Origin: a virus
Virus record (IMG/VR): IMGVR_UViG_3300005264_000022
Coordinates: 4,791 to 68,790 of that record
DNA length: 64,000 bases
Reading direction: 5' to 3' (one strand)
Made by a program: the position numbers and the translations under genes. Shown here one piece after another: positions 57,236-64,000 of the stretch. Under the pieces are notes generated by a model. That model did not search any database. It was not told the DNA's origin and saw nothing but the letters and a program-made list of their open reading frames with translations. Numbering within the stretch: the first letter of the stretch is position 1; the number at the start of each line of letters is the position of its first letter.

Positions 57236-59584
57236 ATGGCAGTTGAAACAATCAGAGACTTGGCATTTGCAGTAAGTTTAAAAATGAATATAGCTGGGTT
57301 GAAGACTGCAAACAACCAAGTTACCAAATTTAAGAATAATGTAATAAAAATGACTAGAAGTGTGAATAAAAACATAGGGCTAGTCAATAAGAATATAAAT
57401 GGTATTAAAACATTCAAAGCCGTCAATAGAATAAATAAAATTGGAGAGGCTATAGATAAGATAAAGAATAAGTCTATTCCAATAGGGGTAGCTCCAACAG
57501 GAGGAGGTAGTAGTAAGCCTGATCCTGCATTTAAAGGTAAAAAAGGTAATGCAGTATATGGGACATCTCCATTTGGATACCAATTAAACAGACTTAACGC
57601 TATGGTATTAACTAGTACAGGATTGGCACTAGCAGGAATAAATATGTTACAACTTAAAGGATTAAAGAGCAAAGCACAAGGATTAAAAACTAGCAAAGAC
57701 ATTTTATCTAACTTAAACAAGCAAAAGTCTGCATACGGCTCTCTGAGGAAGAATTTAAAGAGTGTAAGAGATTTGCTAGGTCAAGCTAAATATCAAGCTC
57801 TAGGTGGGGCTAAGGGTATCACAAACATGGCTAAGGCATCTATGAGTTTATTTGCTACTATGAAGATGATAAGAGGTATGTTTAGAGTCGGAAACAAAGC
57901 AATAGAAGAATATAAATATAGAATGGAAGGATTAGTAAGAGAGGAAACTTTCTTTGCAAATGCTTTGAAATATAGAGAACAAACAGTAGAGGGAATGACT
58001 AAATCGGGAGCTAAAAACTTTAGAGAGTTTAAAAAAGCTAGTGCAGAGTCGCTAATAGATGCTAGAAAAAATGTTAGAGCCGTTGCCGAAGAAGGAGTTC
58101 TCTCTGCTAGGTCTCTACACGTTGCCGTTGGACAGATGGCTTCATTCCAAATAGATACGGATGCTTGGTTTGGTGGAAAGAATGGTGAGAGAAATATAGG
58201 ATTAATAGCCGATTTGGCAGCATCTGTATTTGGAGCTACCGCATCAAAAGACAATATGATAAGACTAGCTAATATGCTAGGGAAATCTAGTGCTATGAAT
58301 TTGTTTGGACAACTCCAAAGAAATGGTATTGTGTTTACAGACTTACAGAAAAAGACAATAAGAACTGGAAATGAAACTGAAAAACTCAGTGCTATAATGG
58401 AAGGATTAGAGCAGAACGTTGGCGGATTAAACAAGGAGATGTCTAAGAGTGCAATCGGTGCTTACTATAGACAAATACATAAGACAGAGAGTGCTATGGG
58501 TAAGTTAGGGGAAACTACAATCAGAATTAAAACATCATTTATTAAATTATATAATGCTATATTCCCAATGATAAGTGGGACAATAGAAATGTTTGCACCA
58601 ATGTTAGCGATTGTGGCGGATAGTGTATCATTATTATTCAATGCGGTCAATTCATTAAATCCCGTTCTGTTAAAATTACTAGGAACATTCCTTGCATTAA
58701 AAATAGCAATGCCGTTGGCGAATGTATTGTTTGGGAAACTAGGAAAGACAATATTAGGGTTTTTTGGGATATCATTGAATGTAACTAATAGTGGAATGGC
58801 TAAATTATTCACATCTGTAAATAGTGGTGCGACTAAAATGTTTAATCCAATAAAGAAAGTGTTCGGTAGGATGCCATTATTTATGAAGACAGGATTTACA
58901 AAAATGTTAGCACCATTTAGAATTTTCATTACTGCTATACAAGGAATATTAACATTCTTTGGAATAACTGTTAGTACTGCATTTCTACCAGTAACACTAA
59001 TAATTATAGCATTAGGTTTAGTAGTTCAAGATTTATGGACAGTATTTCATGGTGGAGAAGGTTATACAAAAGGACTGGTAACTCAATTTAAAAATTTATG
59101 GGAGAACTTAAAACCTCTAAGAGAGGAAACTAGTAGATTATTTGAAGCATTGGGTGGAATGGATACTGTAAAGGCTATATTTGAAGGTATCTTTGTTGCA
59201 TTTATATCGCCAATTATTGCCATAATAAAATTCTTAGAGTATACTATTAAATTAATTAATGTTTTTGTAAAGGGAACAATGGATATTTTGAAATTATTTG
59301 GGTATGGAGGTAAAGATTACAAAGTAACCCAAACAAAAGAAAATATAAATTCTACTACTATAGATTTTGGTAATAGACCTAAGCCAACACAAAGTTCTGT
59401 AAGTAGACTTAGAGGTGAGAGTAGAGGAAGCGTATATAATGTAACTCAAAATATAGAAGGTGCATCTATAAAAGGAAGCTATTATGACCCAGAACTATTA
59501 AAAAAAGATATGGGAGACGCATATGCCGTTTCATATAATAATAGTATAGATATGGCTATATTATTAGAGGGGAGTGTTGTTTAA
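57236..59584 (+). CDS. Tape measure protein
   Basis: 782 aa, Ala/Gly/Lys-rich helical with hydrophobic segments; synteny. Confidence 0.85.
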   Translation: MAVETIRDLAFAVSLKMNIAGLKTANNQVTKFKNNVIKMTRSVNKNIGLVNKNINGIKTFKAVNRINKIGEAIDKIKNKSIPIGVAPTGGGSSKPDPAFKGKKGNAVYGTSPFGYQLNRLNAMVLTSTGLALAGINMLQLKGLKSKAQGLKTSKDILSNLNKQKSAYGSLRKNLKSVRDLLGQAKYQALGGAKGITNMAKASMSLFATMKMIRGMFRVGNKAIEEYKYRMEGLVREETFFANALKYREQTVEGMTKSGAKNFREFKKASAESLIDARKNVRAVAEEGVLSARSLHVAVGQMASFQIDTDAWFGGKNGERNIGLIADLAASVFGATASKDNMIRLANMLGKSSAMNLFGQLQRNGIVFTDLQKKTIRTGNETEKLSAIMEGLEQNVGGLNKEMSKSAIGAYYRQIHKTESAMGKLGETTIRIKTSFIKLYNAIFPMISGTIEMFAPMLAIVADSVSLLFNAVNSLNPVLLKLLGTFLALKIAMPLANVLFGKLGKTILGFFGISLNVTNSGMAKLFTSVNSGATKMFNPIKKVFGRMPLFMKTGFTKMLAPFRIFITAIQGILTFFGITVSTAFLPVTLIIIALGLVVQDLWTVFHGGEGYTKGLVTQFKNLWENLKPLREETSRLFEALGGMDTVKAIFEGIFVAFISPIIAIIKFLEYTIKLINVFVKGTMDILKLFGYGGKDYKVTQTKENINSTTIDFGNRPKPTQSSVSRLRGESRGSVYNVTQNIEGASIKGSYYDPELLKKDMGDAYAVSYNNSIDMAILLEGSVV

Positions 59585-60171
59585 TGATAACTTTAAAAGC
59601 ATATATAATGAGTAGGGATGGGGTGACTAAGTTAGACACCCTCGCCCTTAAGTTAAAAAGTATAAAGAAATTAGATGTAAATAGACAAGCCAAAGCTTCG
59701 ACTAGAAGATCAGAGGAAGGATATGAATATACAGATAATATGAGTGTGCAATCTAATAAGATCTCATTGAGCGGTTATGTATCTGATATAAACAAAGACG
59801 ATAGTGGCGAATGGATTAGTGAAAAAGCTAAAGGAGAAGCCTACATCAGTAGCATAGAAAATGATTTGAAATCTATATATAATAATAAATATTTCTGTGA
59901 TATAACAGATGGAAAAAGAGGTAAAATATATAAAAATTATGTTATACTAAGTTTAAAAATATCAGAGAAGGCAAAGTCTACTAAAGGATTTGAATATTCT
60001 ATGGATATGCAAGAGGTTAGATTTAGTGAGGTTGGTAGAGTTAGTTACAATGTAGATACTAGCAAAGGTGCTTCATATGGCAAAGGTAAAGGAAAAGATG
60101 GAAAGACAAAAGATGATAAATCCGAAGTCCAATCTTGGATGAAGCAAGGTGCGGGGAGGTTTGGTTTATAA
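59584..60171 (+). CDS. Baseplate/tube initiator (Dit-like) protein
   Basis: E.G....D.......ISLSG.VSD, Y.N.VI.SL, MQEVRF. Confidence 0.7.
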   Translation: MITLKAYIMSRDGVTKLDTLALKLKSIKKLDVNRQAKASTRRSEEGYEYTDNMSVQSNKISLSGYVSDINKDDSGEWISEKAKGEAYISSIENDLKSIYNNKYFCDITDGKRGKIYKNYVILSLKISEKAKSTKGFEYSMDMQEVRFSEVGRVSYNVDTSKGASYGKGKGKDGKTKDDKSEVQSWMKQGAGRFGL

Positions 60172-60507
60172 ATGTATTATTTTGATTTTGGAGACATTAA
60201 TAATTTAGATAAAGAATCAATAAAAAGAACTTTTACTACTGAAAACAATATAACATTAACATTTGAATTATATTACAATAACACAGATGGCTTTATTTAT
60301 ATGAATTTATATGATGGCAATGGAGAACAACTGGTGATGGGTGTTAAATTAGTTCAAGAAGTAAATTTGTTTGAAAAATTTGCACATATATTTGAAACTA
60401 GTATAGTAGCAGCAATCCTACCATCTAATGCAGATTATGAATATTTAGATGTTACAATAGATAACTTTGATAATGGAGTGAGGATGTATTATTATGAAGA
60501 TATTTAA
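60172..60507 (+). CDS. Baseplate plug-like protein
   Basis: YN......YMNLYD.......G.KLV...NL. Confidence 0.7.
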   Translation: MYYFDFGDINNLDKESIKRTFTTENNITLTFELYYNNTDGFIYMNLYDGNGEQLVMGVKLVQEVNLFEKFAHIFETSIVAAILPSNADYEYLDVTIDNFDNGVRMYYYEDI

Positions 60508-61381
60508 TCATATAAGAAGACTAGAAACAAACAATGGAATAGTTATAGATTATGATGGATTTGATATAAATTTCAGTTATAGATTTACGGCAGATAGTAC
60601 ATCTAATCAATGCACCATAGATTTATACAACATATCTAAATATACATTGAGAGATATGAATAGTGCAGAATCTATTAAACTATTTGTTGGGTATAACGGA
60701 TTTGGCGGATATATATTTATAGGAAAAATTGATGCAGTAACAATAGAAAAGAAGTCCAATGGAGACGTATTGACTAAGCTTCAATGCACTCCTGATGCTA
60801 AAGCATGGAATAAGAACTTTATATGTAAATCATGGTCACAGAGAGTATCCTATTCGTATGTGGCTGAGGAAATTATAAAAGATGCAGGGTGGAATGTTGG
60901 AAATTTATCGTTTCTAAATAATAGAGAGGGCGTACCATTTAGGTATATTGGTGGCAAATACTTCAGAGCACCTGCTAGAGAATGTTTAGAAGAGATATCC
61001 AAAGATGCTCAACTCTCACTACACTTTAGCAATAACAAAGTCTACATGTACCCTAAAAATACTGTCATAGCTGAAACTATAATTGTGTCTGCTAAAGATG
61101 GGAGTTTGATAGATATTCCAGTAGAGCAAGTAGATAAGAAGTCTGATAATAAAAAATATAAAATAAAAACTGTGTTGAGGTATGACTACTCCGAGGGTGG
61201 AAATATAAAAATTGAAGGGTCTGATTATATAGATGATTCAGAATTTAAGATATTAGAGGGTAGCCATGTGGCAACTGATAGTGATATGTATACAGAATTG
61301 ATTATAGAGAAACAGAAAGACATTACAACTACGGTGTCTAATAGTGTAGGAAGAACTTGGTATAAAAAAGAGGAGATGTAG
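60494..61381 (+). CDS. Baseplate hub protein
   Basis: N...I.LYNIS, L.VGY.....IF.G.I, H.....MYT. Confidence 0.75.
   Translation: MKIFNHIRRLETNNGIVIDYDGFDINFSYRFTADSTSNQCTIDLYNISKYTLRDMNSAESIKLFVGYNGFGGYIFIGKIDAVTIEKKSNGDVLTKLQCTPDAKAWNKNFICKSWSQRVSYSYVAEEIIKDAGWNVGNLSFLNNREGVPFRYIGGKYFRAPARECLEEISKDAQLSLHFSNNKVYMYPKNTVIAETIIVSAKDGSLIDIPVEQVDKKSDNKKYKIKTVLRYDYSEGGNIKIEGSDYIDDSEFKILEGSHVATDSDMYTELIIEKQKDITTTVSNSVGRTWYKKEEM
61318..61344 (+). promoter_or_regulatory. Putative internal phage-sigma promoter upstream of the spike gene
   Basis: AGACA-N13-GTCTAATAG, 40 nt before ATG 61384. Confidence 0.5.
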
Positions 61382-61383
61382 AT

Positions 61384-62055
61384 ATGAAAAGTGTAGAAGT
61401 AGATAAAATAATAAAGCTTATAGATCTAAAAATAAATAAAGCTTTGAGAAGTCTACACACTATGGCTTTGGGTAAGATTGTGAAGTATGATGCTAAGACT
61501 ATGAGAGCCGAAGTACAATTACTAGAGAATATTGAATTTAATGGGGTTCATTATGAATCCCCTATCATTCCTAATTGTCTAGTATCATATGAAAAATGTG
61601 GAGATTTCTATTTAAGAGTGCCATATAAGGTGGGTGACAAGGTCGTGGTGGGCTTTTGTGAGTCGTCCATAGACAATGTATCATATAGTGGTAAAGCTCA
61701 AAATCAGAGTGTATATAGAAGACATTCAGAGGATGATGCTATTATAATTAAAGGGTGGAAAGCAGATTTAGATAGTGATTTACCTAGTGCTAATAGTGAA
61801 GATTATTTGTTATATAATGCTAAAAATGGATCTAAAGTTGTATTTAAAACTGATGGTACATTAGAGGTGGATAACGGGACTACTGTGACAATATCTCCTA
61901 GTGGTACTATAACAACAGATGCTAGTGCTATAAATGCTACTAATGCTACCATAACGTGTTCTGAGGCTATTATAGACGGGATAACATTCACTGAACACAA
62001 ACATCAATATACTCATGACGCCCCATTAGATCGTATCACTGAACCACCACAATAA
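61384..62055 (+). CDS. Baseplate spike / puncturing protein (Gp138-like)
   Basis: P...GD.VVVGFCE..ID, R.HS..DA, C-terminal HKH and T..P. Confidence 0.88.
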   Translation: MKSVEVDKIIKLIDLKINKALRSLHTMALGKIVKYDAKTMRAEVQLLENIEFNGVHYESPIIPNCLVSYEKCGDFYLRVPYKVGDKVVVGFCESSIDNVSYSGKAQNQSVYRRHSEDDAIIIKGWKADLDSDLPSANSEDYLLYNAKNGSKVVFKTDGTLEVDNGTTVTISPSGTITTDASAINATNATITCSEAIIDGITFTEHKHQYTHDAPLDRITEPPQ

Positions 62056-62064
62056 GGAGGATAA

Positions 62065-62553
62065 ATGAGAGGAATTAGAGCTACATTTGACTCGAAAGGA
62101 TACATGGATATATATTTACAAAATGGTAGAGCAGAACTAATAGCAGATGATAATGAAATGATACAAGCATTGAAATATGAATTAGAATCTAATCTAGGAC
62201 AATGGTATTTAGGTACAGATTTCGGCATACCTATGTTTCAAGATGATGAAAGTGGATTACTAGATATTAAGGTTTCAACCAATGATGACTTCCAAAATGC
62301 AATATTAGATATTACTAGCAAAAGAAAAGAAATAATCTCTGCGATTGTAAATAGTATAATTCGTGAAAATAAAACAGAAAATATAACCGAAATGTTTGAT
62401 CAAGTTATGAGTGAGTATAATACTATGAATAATGAAAGCGTTATGAGTAATATCATTTCGATAACAAGAACCATAAACAATGCTAGAACTTTAAGAATTG
62501 AAATGGAAATAAAAACGATTAGAGGGGTAGTAAATTTAACTATTAATCTATAA
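62065..62553 (+). CDS. Baseplate wedge / sheath initiator (gp25/DUF2634-like)
   Basis: Q.L...L....GQWYL..DFGIP. Confidence 0.75.
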   Translation: MRGIRATFDSKGYMDIYLQNGRAELIADDNEMIQALKYELESNLGQWYLGTDFGIPMFQDDESGLLDIKVSTNDDFQNAILDITSKRKEIISAIVNSIIRENKTENITEMFDQVMSEYNTMNNESVMSNIISITRTINNARTLRIEMEIKTIRGVVNLTINL

Positions 62554-62562
62554 GGAGGATAA

Positions 62563-62823
62563 ATGATTACACAGAAATTTGAATTAAATGGTACACCGCA
62601 GTTAATAAACTTAACAAAGTCGGCTATACTATTCAATAAATCAAAAATTGGGATTAGAGGCGGAAGGGCTATTGCTCTAGCGGTCACAAATGGAGAGATA
62701 CCTAACGAAGAGATATATTTAACTTTATTTTCTGATGAAGATAAATTTTACGAATATGTAGATGGTGAAGTTTTATATGCTTGGGGATTAAATAATGAAT
62801 TAGCTACTTTAATAATAGGATAA
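62563..62823 (+). CDS. Small beta-sandwich-like virion protein
   Basis: AGGAGG RBS; similar to 2611-2853. Confidence 0.6.
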   Translation: MITQKFELNGTPQLINLTKSAILFNKSKIGIRGGRAIALAVTNGEIPNEEIYLTLFSDEDKFYEYVDGEVLYAWGLNNELATLIIG

Positions 62824-62839
62824 AAAAGGAGGATTTTAA

Positions 62840-64000
62840 ATGAGTTTTATATCAAAAGAAACTTTAGACTTCAATCCAAGAATAAACGATATAGTTGATG
62901 GATTGACAACTCAAGTGGATGGGATGAATGAGATTATGCAAGAATTTCAAGATAACGACAATTACTTAGACAAGAATAAAATATCTACGGGATATATACA
63001 CAAAGGGGATTTATTAGGTGTTACTACTATTGATAGTGTTGAATACATGTATAGAGCGGAGGATGGTAGGGGTTACAAATTAAAATCTAGTATTGTAATA
63101 CCATATACTCATGATGGTAGCGGAGTGCCTAATATGAATGATTTTGAAGAAGTTAGTTATAAAAAACAACAAGAACAAATACAGATTTGTTCTACCAATA
63201 TAGAAAATATAGAAGAACAAAATAATAATGTTTGGATTGCAGATGATACAGGGAAAAGGTCCCTAATGGTCAAAATCCCTAGATTTAAAATATCGGACGT
63301 GTTGGATGGTATCCTTGCCGAAGATGATGGTTGGCATTCTGCTTTTGTCGTTAATGGCGTAGTGAAAGATTGCATTTATATATCAAAATATCAGAATATA
63401 GTTGAAAATGGGAGGGCATATAGCTTAGGAGGAAAAACACCTAGAGCATACATAAATTTTGACCAAGCCAAGCTAGCTTGTGAAGCAAAAGGAACGGGAT
63501 GGCATCTTATGTCCAACGCAGAATGGGCTGCAATTGCTCTATGGTGCAAGAAAAATGAAACTGAACCATTAGGGAATAACTATGCAGGTTCTCATTATGT
63601 CAAAAAGCATCTATGTGGGACTGAAGGCTATACTTGGAAATATTCGTCTAATTGGAACGGGAGAGCATATAAGGAAGAACCTGCAGGAACTTATTGGCAC
63701 ACTGGGACTACAGAAACAGGGAGCACACCTAAAGAGTTCGCTCACAATAGTGAAACAGACGGCATATACGATCTTAATGGGAATGTTTGGGAATGGGTAG
63801 GAGGGATGAGGCTACAAAATGGGGAAATACAAGTTATTCCCGATAACAACGCCGCAATAACTGGGATGGACATGAGTTCTACATCCACAGAATGGAAAGG
63901 TATGCTACAAGATGGTTCGTATGCGACGCCAGGGACTTCGGACACACTGAAATATGACAACACGAGCGGACTTCACCATCTGGAAATGCAGGAGGGGATA
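62840..64000 (+). CDS. Tail-associated FGE-sulfatase/C-type-lectin-fold (Mtd-like) protein, partial
   Basis: Frame open from ATG 62840 (AGGAGG) to the window end: MVKIP.F, HSAF..NG, ISKY, GWHLMSNAEW, GIYDLNGNVWEWV. Confidence 0.85.
   Translation, partial: MSFISKETLDFNPRINDIVDGLTTQVDGMNEIMQEFQDNDNYLDKNKISTGYIHKGDLLGVTTIDSVEYMYRAEDGRGYKLKSSIVIPYTHDGSGVPNMNDFEEVSYKKQQEQIQICSTNIENIEEQNNNVWIADDTGKRSLMVKIPRFKISDVLDGILAEDDGWHSAFVVNGVVKDCIYISKYQNIVENGRAYSLGGKTPRAYINFDQAKLACEAKGTGWHLMSNAEWAAIALWCKKNETEPLGNNYAGSHYVKKHLCGTEGYTWKYSSNWNGRAYKEEPAGTYWHTGTTETGSTPKEFAHNSETDGIYDLNGNVWEWVGGMRLQNGEIQVIPDNNAAITGMDMSSTSTEWKGMLQDGSYATPGTSDTLKYDNTSGLHHLEMQEGI

Noticed and set aside
55456-58929. Long - strand ORFs of 154-229 aa opposite the sheath and tape measure genes
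   Set aside because: Antisense frames explained by codon bias; no RBS or recognisable motifs.

Overview
This is a 64-kb segment of a low-GC tailed dsDNA phage or phage-plasmid of myovirus type (sheath, tube and baseplate genes). The host is probably an anaerobe such as a Fusobacteriota or clostridial bacterium; that is inference from GGAGG ribosome-binding sites (RBS), a class II ribonucleotide reductase and a GH108 lysin. Transcription diverges from an iteron-bearing AT-rich region at about 37.9-38.3 kb. The left arm (- strand) carries replication and nucleotide-metabolism genes: two paralogous Rep_3-like initiators (one HNH-fused), SSB-like, AAA NTPase, DnaB, primase, intein-containing NrdJ, RuvC, ThyX-like, dUTPase, DnaE, four methyltransferases, a lysin and a ligase. 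The right arm (+ strand) carries early genes, a UvrD-like helicase, a 1.25-kb ORF-free RNA island, a terminase large subunit split by two group I introns, and head, tail and baseplate genes. The RNA island holds a pseudoknot RNA, a kissing-loop RNA, a pseudo-tRNA, a large multibranched ncRNA and tRNA-Trp. The most notable inferred systems are an ECF-like phage sigma factor with four copies of a conserved non-sigma70 promoter motif, the RNA island, and a stand-alone RNA polymerase alpha-CTD gene. Several genes carry frameshift, nonsense or deletion lesions. All family assignments come from recognising motifs by eye; no searches were run.
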